From assembly GCF_009914755.1 (NCBI RefSeq), contig NC_060930.1: DNA of 64,000 nt. The stretch is one strand, 5' to 3'. The position numbers and the translations under genes were made by a program. The DNA is from the human T2T-CHM13v2.0 reference genome, Homo sapiens. The stretch's first letter is position 1. Each line of letters begins with the position of its first letter. A model generated the notes under the pieces. It was not told the DNA's origin, did not search any database, and was given only the letters and a program-made list of their open reading frames with translations. This document shows, one piece after another, positions 1 through 14,200 of this stretch.

Positions 1-2334
1 GCCTCAGTAACCTAAAAGTATTAAGATCATTTTGGCCTTTTTAGTATACTCGTATAAACAAAAGTTTCTCCTTTCAAAGAAGTCATATGAAGAGGTGCTA
101 CATTTATGTCACTACATCAACATATTTGAATAATTATTTTTAAATTTTCCTTAGATTCTGAAAAAAGAGATTCTTTTCAGTATCCTCAGTAATAACAAAT
201 CTTTGTCCTTGAATACAGAGTATCAAAAATTAAGCCAACTCTATTAAGATAAGTTATCTATGCAGATACTATCTTCTATATGTATAATTTTGCATACTTG
301 TACAGTTAGATATACTTTATAACTTTATAATCTCAATAAAACATACACATATCTATTTATATATAAACTGTGAGTGAGTGAGTGTGTGTGTGTTTGTGTG
401 TTTTGGGAAAGGGAGTATCAGGAACCAGTGTTTAATGTAAGCTGAACTATTTTCATGAACATAAATTCAATCATTGAGTCACAGCTCATATGAAAAAAAT
501 CACATGTGATTTATTGCATGTTTCAGAGCTTTTAAAATAAAGCCTAATTAGATTTTTGACCTTATGGGATGAATTCTACATAAAGCATGCATTGAGTCTA
601 ATGGAGTAAAAAATGAACATCTTTTCTTTCCAGTTCTGCCGTCCTTTTCCTCCCTTCCATATACCTACATCCTATAGACACCATAATACTATAGCACTGA
701 TCTTGGAGGAACCTGCAGAAAAGGCCATCAAATGCAGTGGGGGCGGAGGGGGTGCTGTACTTCAATAAGACACTCAATCTAACCTTGGGCATAAGCGTGC
801 CTCCTCTTTGCCTGAGAAAGCTTTACTGCTTTAGCAGCCAGTGATATATCTGTATGCATTTGGCATCCTGAACGTGGCCACTTTAATTATTTTAAGGTTT
901 CCTCTAAAAGTCTGCCTTGCTACTTGAATGGAGATGTGGTCATTTGTGCTAATTGCATTTTAGAATCTCTATTTTATTGGTTACAATAAGCTAATGTTTA
1001 CAACTTTTGTTCATATCAAATGCCATTGGGCACTTAATTATGTAACAATTTGCTACCTAGGTATATTTTGCAAACATCAAAAGGCACCAGTCCATCTCCA
1101 CATCACTATGTCTGTACTATGTGTGCATCATATAGCTGTGGCTTTTTTTTTCAGGCTCATTGAAGTGCTGCATTCCCACTGCTACTGAAGCCCAGGGTCT
1201 TGGCTTGAGAGCCCTCTGCCTGATGCCCAGAAAGGGATTTGAGACTGAGACAATATTGTTGCACTAGGGTCTTTGCCATGAAGCTTTTAAGAATGAGAGA
1301 AACTAAGATACAATATGACTTGTGGATCTCCAGGATCATACGCTGCTTGGATAGCTTACTTGTTGAAAGCAGGGGATCTTCAAAAGCCAAAAAACATGCC
1401 TCCTTTCTGACATATGGGCAGAGAGCCTAGACACTCAGAGACCTCTTCTATTTTACAGAAGATGGCGCTGAGGTCAGGATGGTGAAGGAACATGCACAGA
1501 GAAAGGCTGGGCCAAAACTGGGCCCAGATTTTGAGAAAATGAAGCCCACTGTTCCAATTTTTATTTTATTTCTTTTGATCTAAGAGAAAAACTGCATAGT
1601 CTAGTAATATACTTAGTAAAAAGACCAACTATTGTACTCTGTGAAGTTAATGTTATGAGGGTTGGATGTGTCTTAGAATCTGATCATGGAGTTAATTTTA
1701 CTGTATTGCAAGATTTTAAGATGAGCTGGTGTTCTCTTGTTATGCCCATATGCCATCATTCCCTCCCCCCTCACCCAGAATGTGAATAGTATTCCCATTG
1801 TGGGAACTGCTGATTGACATCAAGGCACTCTGTTGTCATGGCTCTAGTTTAAAAATGTGAAAGAAACTAGATCTTTTCAACCTAAAGGTTCTCTCTGTAT
1901 AGTTAATTAAAGACATTTTAAGAAGACATTTGGATTATAGGAAAGTGATGATATCACGTTATGACATTTATTCCTTACCCCAAGAATCTCAGTAATTGGT
2001 TCACCTATTCAAAACTGTTATTTTATCAGAGGGTAAAGATTCCAGGACCCCCAGTCAGACTTATCTAATTTCCCTAATTGGCATATTAAAAAAAAAACTC
2101 TGGACACAAGAACTTTCTGATTTGTGAATATGCCATTCACTCACTTAAGACAAAATTTAATGTAAAACTTATCTAATGTTAATGAAAGTCTATAGAAAAT
2201 TTTAGCCGGGGCTTAACCACTGGCTAATATACAATTTATTTCATTGTATTAAAGAATAGATTTACAAATTTCATTAGAATTCCACAGAAATATAAACTAT
2301 TAGAATGCGGTACAGCGCAGGGTGTGTATTGAGA

Positions 2335-2480
2335 TTCTCACTTTACAATGAAGGAAACTATAGCTTGGAAAAAGATAAAATGACCTTTCTATAATTATAT
2401 AACAGATAAACATATAGTCCATAGCAATATAGATACCAGATCCCACAGCTTTTGACTTCTAGTCCAGTATTTTTCCTACT
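2335..2480 (-). mobile_element. MIR fragment
   Basis: Degenerate MIR core (ctcactttacaatgaaggaaacta...tgacttctagtccagt). Confidence 0.45.
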
Positions 2481-2686
2481 AGGCCAGGGTATTTTATGTA
2501 ATCAGAGTTATTTTATTCTATGCAGTGCTGTTGTGATAGATGAAAAACAGAAGGTGTACTCAATGCCTTCTAAGAACTTCTGCTCTCATAAGTCTCATAT
2601 CTTACCATGGATAGATATGTGTATTTACAGGTTTATCTATGACTCCTTCAAGAATAACTTACTACTACTTCTTTCCTTTAAAACAA

Positions 2687-2997
2687 TTTTTTTTTTTCTT
2701 TGAGACAGGGTCTCACTCTGTCACCTAGCCTGGAGTGCAGTGGTGCAATCATGGCTCTCTGCAACCTCCGCCTCCCAGGCTCAAGTGATCCTCCCACACT
2801 CAGGTGATCCTCCCACCTCAGCCTCCTGAATAGCTGGGACCACAGGCACACACCACCATGCCTGGCTAATTTTTGTGTTTTTGTAGAGACGGGGTTTCAG
2901 CATGTTGCTAAGGCTAGTGTCAAACTCCTGAGCTCAAGTTATCTGCCCCCGGCCTCCCAAAGTGCTGGGCTTACAGACATGAGCCACTATGCCTGGC
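2687..2997 (-). mobile_element. AluJ-type SINE with internal 19-bp tandem duplication
   Basis: Poly-T followed by reverse Alu; ctcaagtgatcctcccaca (2780-2798) repeated as ctcaggtgatcctcccacc (2799-2817). Confidence 0.9.
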
Positions 2998-3119
2998 TTA
3001 AAAATGTTTTAAAATATACCTAAAATCTGATCATATGTGGTAACCAAAACCAATAACAAAACAAAACCAGTCAAATTAATGCACAAAGACATTGTCTGAA
3101 GATGGTAGAAATGTGATTT

Positions 3120-3583
3120 AGGTGAAACTGTATGAATAAAGGCACAGGTGAGCCCAGTAAGAGTCACCAACATGAGGTACCCACTAGGAAAGCAAGTGCA
3201 GGTTAGTCTGCACTAAATGAAATGTGATCAGTTTGAATGATGGAAGTAATAGGACTATTTTGCTTTGTGTAGCCACATGATGGGACCTTGTGTTATGTTT
3301 TGTGTGACACATCATTCAAAGCACTACCGATCAACTGGAATGTATTCCTAGGCTCAGAAATTGAATGTTGAATAGACTTGAAGTCACAGAGTAATGTCTA
3401 AAGAAGTTGCAGATATTTTGTGTAGAGAAGGAAAATCTGGATGGGGGATGATAGATGCCCTCCAGTAACTGAGGAACCATCATGGGGAAGTCACACTAGA
3501 TTGAGCTCCCAAATCAAGGGCTAATAAACAGAAGCTCCAGTGAGGCTCCTACTGTCATAGAATAGGACATTTTGGCTCAGAGG

Positions 3584-3617
<34 letters not shown>

Positions 3618-4120
3618 GAGACAGAGTCCCACTCTGTCACCCAGGCTGGAGTGCAGTAGCGTGATCTTGGCTCACTGCAACCTCCGCCTCCTGGGTTCAA
3701 GTGATTCTCATGCCTCGGCCTCTTGAATAGCTGGAATTACAGGCGCATGCCAGCACGCCTGGCTAATTTTTGTATTTTTAGTAGCGACAGGGTTTTACCA
3801 TGTTGGCCAGGCTGGTCTCAAACTCCTGACCTCAGGTGATCTGCTCGTCTTGGCCTCCCAAAGTGCTGGGATTTCAGGCATGAGCCACCGCGCCCGGCCT
3901 TAGCTCAGGGTTTTAAATACTGAGGCTGTTGCATTCAAAAGATGGAATGGCTTGTCTGTCTCCCAGGGCACTGCGTTTATAGTCACCAGAGGTGTTCCCC
4001 TTGAGCCTGGATGATTACATGGAGGAGGTTTTAAAGGGCAGCATTCACAATTTAGATTTGCAGTTGGACCAGATGACCTTTAAGGTGCTTTCCAGCACCT
4101 GGGGTTTTATGATTCTATTT
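3120..4120 (+). mobile_element. L3/CR1 LINE remnant interrupted by an Alu
   Basis: CR1-like 3' end ggttggaccagatgacctttaaggtgctttccagc...gattctat near 4060-4118; degenerate CR1-like body upstream. Confidence 0.55.
3583..3899 (-). mobile_element. AluS (Sx/Sz-like)
   Basis: Complete reverse dimer; imperfect TSD tggctcagaggtttt / tagctcagggtttt. Confidence 0.92.
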
Positions 4121-4718
4121 CTATTATGCATCTACGCTGGGTATGTGTCACATTGTTTGAAGCAAACACTGAGAATGAACAGGAGCACAGTGTGGAATGT
4201 TGATGGCGCTCACATCTATTTTGTGTTTCAATTTCTGGAAGCAGTCTTTGTCTTTGAGGCAGTTTGGTCCCTGACCTTCTGTAACATTTGGAGCCCAGCC
4301 ACACTGTCTTTGTTTACTGTAAAGAGCATGGAAAAACCGACTTCCTGACAGTGCTCTGCAAAGTCTAAGGTCAAACCACTCACAGGTGAACAAACACAGT
4401 TCTTCCACCTTAAACTTGCCATTTGGTCCCTGTAAAATGGACGAGGGTAATAACGCTGGACAGCAGAGAGAGGGGAAATCAGTCCTCTGCCAGCAGCCAG
4501 CAATTAGTCACTTTGTCAGTCTGCTTTGGGAAGGGCTCATCTTAATTCAGCATCCATTTTGAAGAGGTTAGAAACCATGACATGCAGTTTTAAGTCCTCT
4601 AGCAACTCTGCTAAATAAACCTATAGACCCTGCCTTTCTTGACACTATCAGCACATCATTAATATTTCCCAGGATTGCACAGATAAAGCATAGCATTCTT
4701 ATTCACTTAAAGGATTGA

Positions 4719-5160
<442 letters not shown>

Positions 5161-6794
5161 TAGCTTCCCTCTGTAAAAGGAAGGGAAGTGTCTTCCTGGG
5201 TAAGTGTATTGTAAGCTCTTTAAGGGCCCTAGACAATGCCTACCACACTGTCTTAGATTAGCAGGTCCACATAATGCATTTGTGTGAACATCATTGAATC
5301 AAACAATGACCTTGCTCACACATTTACCCCCTTTACTCAAAATCACTTATTTGTGAGATCCAAGTTTTCTTCTTACTATTTAAAGATTATTAGAGTTGAT
5401 CTAAAGTGATATAAATGAAAATATTGCCAACATAAATTCACATTTTTCTTTTCTCTTGGAATAAATTCAGCTTTGGCTGTATTTTTTTTTTCTCTTGTTC
5501 TTTTTTTTTTTTTTTTTTTTTGGTCTGTGGTGTAAGCAGGCTCTTGAAATGCCCTAGTTATCTAACACTGCTCTTGAACTCCACTTACAGATGATATACT
5601 AGCCTTTTACTAAAATATATCTGGGTATTAAAAGCTCAATTCTTTACTGCTGATGAGAAAGATTATTAACACTTTTTTTTCCCCAGCTATAATATGAGGC
5701 AGTAACACCCCTTTTTACTTCCAGAGCCAGAGGCAGTATGTCACATTAACCTTCATTAACTGCCCAAGAAATGAGGTACGTTCGTTAATTTAGTATTCTG
5801 GTTAGCTAAAATTGTGTGAGAAGGCTGATAAACGTCTGTGGTTTCTCCCTGTGCTATTAAAAAAAAAAATAAAAGAATGTTAAAGTATGTTAGCCCGCTT
5901 ATCTTATCATCTTGGTAAGTTCAACATTCTGATTAGGGGGCAGATCTGGACAGGATGAGTCTACAGCTGGTGGGCAAGGATGGGGGTCGCTGGGGCAGGG
6001 TAGAGGAAACGCAGCCTGACTGAGATCAGCCTGAGGAAGAGCATCTGAGGCGTGTGGTGGGGGAAATCAGGTAGCATCTGAAAAGCAAGCCAAAGGTGGA
6101 AAGAGAAAACAAATTCTGTTTATATATAAGTAATGGCATGATGGAAGCCAACCCACCTAAGCCACTCAGATACCCTGTGAATTACTAAATTCACTGTAGA
6201 GATTTTTGTTATATGTGGCGTCATCACTTCTGATGTTCCCATTTCTACCTTCATCACCTTCATTTATTCATTACTTTAAAAAGGCATATCAAGCATTTTG
6301 CTAGCTACTGGGGAAAAAAAGATGAACGACACAACTCCTAAGCTCAGGAACCTGCGTTCTTTCTTCAGCTGAGCTTTAAAAAATGTAGAGTCAGCTTTAC
6401 CATCACCTCTTCTCTGTTTTCCAAGAATACCGCAATAATGTCATTTCTTCATAACACCTCCAGAATCCATCTCAATTTTCCTTTCACCGCTACCAAGATT
6501 TGGGCACCATTCCCTTTTAGCCAGGCAATTGCAGAAGCCTCTTGATTAGTCTCCTTATACCCAATCCCTTCCTCCCCCATCAATCTTAGATTTGGCTACC
6601 GGACTTATTATCCTACAATTTGGTTGTTGGTCCCAATGTTTATGAAGAGGGTAGTAGCTTTATATTGTGGCTCTCCTCAACCTAGTCCCGCTTCTACAGA
6701 ACTAACACCCTACTTGATTCCTTCATCCACCTTCAGACATATGCATGTATTTTCACCTACCTGGTCTCCCTCCCACAATTTTTTTCATTTCCAA

Positions 6795-7012
6795 AGCAGG
6801 ACAGCACGGTGGTTAAGACCACGCACTCGGGGGCCAGATATGCTTTACTACTTACTTGCTGTGTAGTTTGGGCAACTTATTTAACCTCCCTCTTGTGCTT
6901 CTGTCTGTGTATCACTGAAAATAACTTATTAAAAATATTTTCTCATAAAATTAAGTAGGTTAATGTACCTAAAATGCTTAGAATAGATGCTGGCACATAG
7001 TAAGTGCTAATT
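6795..7012 (+). mobile_element. MIR
   Basis: gtggttaagacc...ttgggcaacttatttaacctc...tggcacatagtaagtgct. Confidence 0.7.
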
Positions 7013-7299
7013 TTTAGCGACTGCCATTGCTATTGTTGTTAATACCTAAATCCTGCCCTACTCCCTGGCCCGATATTTTATAGCTCACTGCAAATCCCAG
7101 AGAACTCGGGGAACCTCCGCAGACATTTAGGTAGAAGTGTTTGTTCCCTTTTCAGCCCATCTGTGGTACCACTTATCTGACCCACACTTAGCAAGTGGAT
7201 TGAGACTTACTAATTATTTTCATGGGAAATAAAACCTGAAGAAATGACTAGCAATAAAAGATAATAAATGGTTAGTAATGATTGATAGAAAAAAGTAGC

Positions 7300-8030
7300 A
7301 CAGGCTCTATAGAGTATGTTCTCTGAGGGCAGGGACAATGCTTCGTGTGTCTTTGTTTCTTACACAATGCTTTATGCGTTGTTATTAACAAAATTGAGCC
7401 CCCATTTTTTTTTCTGATTCAATGGAGGATGTGATCAGAAGATCATTAATAGACCAATCTGTTTAAATAGACAATGAATAATCAGATAATAGATTGTCTT
7501 GACTGGTAGTGTATGAACGTGAAGAAATAAGGAGCCACCTTGGTTTTGGACAAAGGGTTGTCTAACCCATCTGGACAGTAGTTCTGGACATCATGAATGT
7601 GGTGGTTTGGTACGATTAGTTTGGTGGCAGGCTGCCAAATGGAATGAAACAAAAAGAGGGTGACCAGATTGGAGATCATTGGGTGGGAGGGTATGAGAAC
7701 CTGAGCTTGGACTCTAGGAATGAATGGAGAAGAAATCTTAAATCCAAGGGCAGATGGTAAAGAAACAATATATAGGATTTGGGAGATCATAGAGGATGTT
7801 GAAAAGGCAAGGGTAAAAAGTGACTGCTGGATCTCTTCCTTGGTTAACTTTGGAGAATTCAAATTGGGAAAAGGTTGTCTTGAAGGACAAAAGATGTGTG
7901 CAGTTACTGGACCTTGAGCTCCAAGATGGCAGAGACCATGCATCTCTTGCTCATCATTGGAACCCCAGGGTCTGGGACCATCCTTGACACACTTATACAG
8001 TGAGAGGCTGAAAGGGCATCTCAAATGAAT
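7300..8030. mobile_element. L2 fragments
   Basis: ctctgagggcagggacaatg and gggtctgggaccatccttgacacac L2 3'-end-like motifs flanking purine-rich degenerate sequence. Confidence 0.4.
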
Positions 8031-9283
8031 TAAAGGCCACTTACCTTGATATCTACACAGTCCAATAAGACATGTTGTAGACAATTACCTCCCACCTGTT
8101 TAATGATTCTCCGGTTCTAGTTAGCCGGCATAATCAATTTTGCTAAAAAGGTATACCTCTCACGTCTTGGGAAGGACGTCCCAAATAGGCAACTTACTTA
8201 ATTCCAGGATGAGTGACAGAATCTACAGACCCTGAGGCCATCTCACTTGTACTTGCCTTAATGTAACTAGTAAAGCATACCTGGCAGTGCAGCACCTCCA
8301 CAGGAAGGTGCTCCAGAAAGCAATTGTTTGCTCTCACCCTGCTGAGAAGTAGCAATATCCATGTGGCTTAAGGGCTGTAGCTGCAGCCATGAGCAGTGTT
8401 AGAAAAATATCACCACCATTTGCCAGCATGAGATGCCAAACTGCAAATAAGAGACATGTCGATTCAATGAAGCAGAAACATTTCACTTGTTTTTAAGATT
8501 ACTTGCGAGAACTTTATTGCTATGTGTTTGTCTGCCTTTAAATAAGAAATTGCATTTTTAAAAAACCATCTCTTCTCTTCTCCCTACAAAGGGACGAGGC
8601 TTTCCTACTCGGGTGAATATTGCCTGTGCTGCTTACCGAAGAAAGGGAGCAGTCTTGGCAAGCATCTTATTAGTCTAAAAATAAATTATTCAGAATGCAG
8701 GTTCAGATACAGATTGCAGGGAGAGATAATAGAATAGGTTTTCCAAGCCTGATCATGCTATGAAGACGTGGTGTGTGCTTTTCAGGAATCCACTTAAGTG
8801 GAATCAGCTTTGACTAATACATACTAGAAATAATATTGCTGCCATCCAGCTAGTGTCTGTGGTACAGCATCCTCAGAATGTCTTCAAGTATCCACGGCCT
8901 CTTTAGTCTCTGTAAGTGCGCATATGTAAAAGTGTATATGTATTCCCAAGCAAGCTTCAGAGGCATGCTTCTCATTGTTCTTTTAAGGAAATGTCTTCCT
9001 GGCCGCCTGAGAGGGGCATGTCTCACTTGAGGTTTGTCTCCCTCCTGCTCCCCCTGCCTGGGTGAAATAGTTGACCACATCAGCAGCCGACTGCAGTTTG
9101 TCATGTGGTTTCTCATGTGATGCTGGGTCTGCAGCACTTGGGAGCAAGAGTCTTTGTGACTGGCACTCATGGACAGACAGTGGTGTTCAGGGACAGAACA
9201 GATTTTGGAGGGGGTGGGGAGGCCAATAAACCAAGAAACGTCAGAAATAAAAGTCGCATGAAGTACTCTGATCTCTGTATTTC

Positions 9284-9425
9284 CTTTTTTTTTTTTTTTT
9301 TTTGAAATTTGATTTTAACTCTTGCTTTTTTTTATGGTTTGTGTCTGTTTTTTCCACCCCCGCTGGCGCCGAGCTGCGCTGTTTTGTGTTTCTTTTTTTT
9401 TTTTTTTTTTTCTATTTTTTTTTTT
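9284..9425 (+). repeat. Poly(dT) tracts bordering the CpG island
   Basis: T20 at 9284-9303 and near-continuous T run at 9393-9425. Confidence 0.9.
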
Positions 9426-10160
9426 AAATTCTGAAGCCAGACCGTCTTTCCTCACAGCTCCACGGCTGCATCTCCGTGGGCACGCAAGCTTCCCCTGGTT
9501 ACCTGAGCTGCTCCTGCCGTCTCCCGCCTGGGCTTCGCCGTGGTGCACCCGATCCCGGAATCGTGCGTCTGCGCCCTGCGAAAGAAGGACCTGCTGGCGG
9601 AGCTCCGGCCGGGGTCTCCTGCCTCGCAGCTGGGCGAGGGGACTTGGAGGACAGGGTGAAGCTGCAGAAGACCTGGGGTGGGATGGCTAGAGAGGACGCC
9701 AAGGACTGGGGAAGGGGAAGTTAGGAATACCTTACATCCAATGCCCACCCGTGCTCCGCAGGGCAAGGGCAGCCGTCGCCTCGGCCGCGTGCACCCAGCT
9801 CAGGCTGTTCCCAGGGATTTAGTCTGGGGGGACAACCCATGGCGAGATGTGGTGGCATTTTACCTCAGAGTGGAGCTGAAGATGGATAAACAAGGTATCT
9901 GATGTATCTGCCTGAGAAGGCAGAGCTGGAGAAAGGCGGAGCGAGGGAGCGCGTGAAAAGAAAGAGATGCCGAATGCCGGGTGATTGTCTGCCGCTTGCT
10001 GTGCATTCTCATTCTAGGGAGGATGGCATAATTTATAACCCAGCACATGGATAGAGGAACTGTAAATTGTAGTCTGGATGTCCCCGGCGCTGTCGACGAA
10101 GGAACTGATGGGCTAGGTGACTGTACCAGTGTCCCCAGAGAAAATCGCAGCCTCGCAGCA
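9355..10160. promoter_or_regulatory. CpG-island-like promoter / first-exon region, possibly bidirectional
   Basis: Only non-repeat GC- and CpG-rich segment in the window; minus-strand donor CAG|GTAACC (intron starts 9502); plus-strand donor AAG|GTATCT (intron starts 9895). Confidence 0.65.
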
Positions 10161-11227
10161 TGGATTTAAATGCATGTGCATGCATGTAGAGACATGAAAA
10201 AAGGTTTCTGACCATTTTACACAGGAAGTCTGTCACTTTGCTGGATCGGGCTTGATTGCAGCTTGTGTTTTCAGCTCCAGTTCAACACCCATTTCCTGAC
10301 TAGTGAGACAGCATGGCCAAAGCAGCTGCATGCAGAATTTTCTTTTTACTGTGAAAGCAAGCCCCCTCTGTTTTAACTCCTTCCAGTTCTGAATGCTCTG
10401 TGCTTTGCTAGGACCGATTGTGGGGTTTTGTTTTCTTCTTCTACAAATCCCTGTAAACACAGCTGTATTCAGTAATGGCAAAAAAATTCTATCCTGTAAA
10501 TAGAAATCTGATCAATTTAATCAAAATAAATGTATCCCAGATGACTTTGAGACCAGCTGGCTACCACAGGCTTCAGATGCTAAATGCTCAGTGGAGATGA
10601 ATACAGTGTTATATTTACATGTTTCAGAGTGCCGGGATCAGCCTATAATTTGCAAAAAGAAATTATTTTCTAAAGACGAGAGGTGGTCCTACCAGCTCAC
10701 AGCTGATGGTTAGGTACAGGTGTAAATGCTGTTCATGTGATTTGGAGATTTGCAGTGTTGCATTTCAAAAGGCATGTGCCATGAGGCAGAGTATGGCTGT
10801 TGTTAGTATGGAGAATGCTTGCTTCTAACTTGCTGTTATGGAGAGCCGAATGCCCTCTGAATAGCTTCTAGTGAGGTTGAGGGCAGGCACTTGAGGCTTG
10901 TTGTAGATTCAGATGTGAGAGCTGGGGTTCTCCAACCCCAGCTCAGTGGAGTCAGCTCAACCCTGGGGGTGAGGAGGTTTCCCAGTTGTCATGGGGAGCT
11001 CTTCTGGGACGCCTGTCTGGCCCTTCCACTGTTTGTTACTAATTCTACAAAGGCAGCTCTGTGTGTTGGATTATGTTTGGCCAGCTGTTGATGCATTCCT
11101 GCGGATGGGGCTGGGTGAGGATCTTATTACTGTACTTTCAAACTGTAGATCTGTGTGCAGGGATAGTACAGAAGGAAAGGAAAAGCAATAAGTTACAGAA
11201 TCTGATCATTCTTACCTCTTTCTCCAG

Positions 11228-11280
11228 ATAGTCCTAGAGTGAATCCAGAAAGGCTTTAAAGTGAAAAGAGGAAAGAGAGA
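11228..11280 (+). other. Candidate 53-nt internal exon (non-coding or 5'UTR)
   Basis: ctgat branch-like motif, ttcttacctctttctccag acceptor ending 11227, purine-rich body, GA|GTAAGT donor at 11281. Confidence 0.4.
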
Positions 11281-14200
11281 GTAAGTGATTGGGGGTGGGT
11301 GGCATGAGGAGAAGAGAATGAAACAGAGCAAGCGCACAAGAGAAAAACAGCCTTAGAACTTCAAAGCTGCATAGACAAGCAGAATGTCACCAGCTTGTAA
11401 TTAGCGGTTCATGGTTGCGTCAGTGACTGTATCTATCCAAGAATAACTATGTGATATGTGCCACAAAGTGAAGAAGATAGTCATAACTAAGTTATCAAAC
11501 CCAGTTCAAACAAGGGCAAATGGATTAAGAAATTTTCTGTTTGTAAATCAAATACTGATGGATTACACAGATAAGACTTAACTGAATTCTGCGTAATTGA
11601 AGGCTGAATTATCAATTTGTCAGGGGGGATATGTTCATTAAATGAAACTGTGAACGCTTAAACATGCAAATTAATCATGCGAGAAAATATCAGTGCAAGC
11701 TCTATCAATACAAGATGTTTTACTAAATAGCCAAAAATGGCACTGCCAGTCTCCTATCTCTGTATCCACACATAAATTTTTTTGTTTGTTTTTGTGCATT
11801 TCAATAGAGAGAAGTCAAAAGTTACATTCGAGTAAATAGGGTAAATTAAATTCTAAAATTCCCACTTTAGAATTTAAAAAACAACTAAGGAGTTTTGATT
11901 TTTGGTGATCTCCCGAGTTTAAACCTTGAAGGAGCTTTTGCTGTCTTGAAGCCAAACAGCAGCTAGTCAGTAATCGTTATGGGAAGTCAGGGTACCACAG
12001 TTGTTGAGATTTCAAGGCCACGTTCACTTCCCTCCCTTGTCTCTTGTGCTTGGAGATTTGGGTGCTACTACAGCCTCCACAAAGAGACAGTGGGAGGAGC
12101 TGATTGGTCCGTAGGCTTAGAATGTTTACTCTTATTTGTTTTCAGTGCTCCTCCATGGCATTCATTTTCTGTTTGTATTTGTGTTCATGCTGCACAATTA
12201 CTCCTGACCTGCTTTGTTTCTCTGCCCAAAGAGAAGTCAATTTTAGTTCAGCTCTGTGTGTTTAGCTTGCTGGGTAATATGTGCATATGTATTGCATTAC
12301 CCATGTATGCATTTTTCTTTTTTTAAAATGTGGATTAGGGAAAATTGTAGCATGGAAAGCTGCATATATTAAATCAATAGCTTTTTGAATCACATGTAAT
12401 ATAATTTAAATATACTCACTTTGAGGTTGCCAAAACTGACATTGTCTGAGCCCGTTTAATTTACATCTTCGATTTAGTCAAGAAGCGGAACCTGCCAGAT
12501 CAGAATAGTGTATTCTGTGCACCCAACAGGGTGGAAGACATTATTTTGTTTGTGTTAGTTCAAACAGCTGGTCATTAATGCAGTCCCCATTTCTAGAGCG
12601 AAGTGCTGCTGGACATGAATGCCCGCCTGATTAATGCTGCCCCTCCGAGGGTCCTTCACCCAGCAGTCATGCTCGCAGCAGAATAATGTAGCATGATGTG
12701 ATTGCACTCTAACAGGATAGTATGTCATTGTGTCACCAAGCAATTGAGGTTATTATGGGGCAGGGCAGACAGACGGGACAGTGGGGTTACTAGACCGTAG
12801 CATTTTTAGAAATACAGGCCTGACCTACTTAGAGTTATTCTCTCTGGCTGGCAGCTGCATGGTACATAAAGTCTCCTGATAGGCTGAGTCTGTTGCTAGG
12901 GGGAATTAGCATGAATTTTTCCACACACAGACTCAGTGGCTGAATGATAAAAGCTGACTGGAATTAAAGAGATTTGGTTTAGTATTATACAGATTTATGT
13001 GCCTCCTTTTCTTTCTCAAGTGCAGAGAAAGAGTGCAAAACACAGATTTTGTTTCCATTTGTTCTTTGACCTTCTTGTTCTCTCCCCCTCCCCTCAAGAT
13101 GCATGAGGGGAGGAGGGCAGGGCAGTTATGAAATTTTGGTTAATCTCTCACTGTTGGGGTCACTGAAACGATGTCGCAAATTGCAAGATATTTAAGCTTA
13201 AAAACTGTTGGGAATGACTAACAGAAGGTTAGATTATTTTTCCTCTTCTGTGCACTAAGCTGTTTTGAAGTTGGGCATGCATCTTTCATGCACTGTATAT
13301 TTAAACTCTCTTTCCCTTTTGGGCTTGAACAAAACATTTATATAAATTCTTTTCTATCCAAACAGATTGAAGCTTGCAATCTCTGTCTTGTTTAAAACAA
13401 GGTGGTCAGGATTCCAGATTTAGATAGGAAAAATATATATATACCATTTTTGTTATTACAAAATATTATTTTCTGGGGTATTGTGGGTTTGGCTCCCTTT
13501 TCAAAAACCAGCCTGATGTGGATGCTTATGGATGAAACTGAACTGCTCCTACCCTACCCTGTTGGCTTCACAATGTATAGGAAAACATAGGTTTTTCTCC
13601 AGAAGAAAATCTGCCTGCAGAATGTATCTGGAGGTTGTTTTCCTTGTTGCTGACATATGCACTGCATGTAGACAACTCACATAATCAACTGTATAAGATG
13701 ACCCATTTTTTTCCTTCTCATGGATCTCCAAGTGTCTGTGGCTTTTAATAGATCTTTTCTAGAGGAGGAGTCTTGATAGATCTTTTTAAGGTAATCTGAA
13801 AAGCCATCAGGAGAAAAATTAAAGCAACACATATTTAAGAATACTTTAATTTTTCTTGTTCTTAATTATATGCTAACTGTGCTTAAACTGCAATTTCTTT
13901 CTGTTACCTTTTACTGCTGAAAGTAGTGATTATCCTTGCCTTTTAGATTTGAAATTAATTTTCGTGAGAACACCCTGGGATATCACAAGTAAAAAAGAAA
14001 CTGGGCTACATAAAGGAAAAGAATAATAGAGATTCTTGTAAACTTGTCACATTAGTTTTTTTTGCCCACGTGAAAAAGGCAAGAGAAAATTTAGGTGTAG
14101 ATTTTTCTTTTCATTTACATTTTAAAAAATATTTGGAACTATTTAGATACATAATGCTTTAAAACAGTGATTCCTACTTATAGCGGAGACTACAGTCAAA

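Noticed and set aside
7482-8084. 200-aa minus-strand ORF
   Set aside because: Overlaps degenerate L2-like sequence; no recognisable domain or exon context
9105-9902. Overlapping 66-122 aa ORFs at the CpG island
   Set aside because: Expected from high GC content and homopolymer runs; no protein similarity recognised
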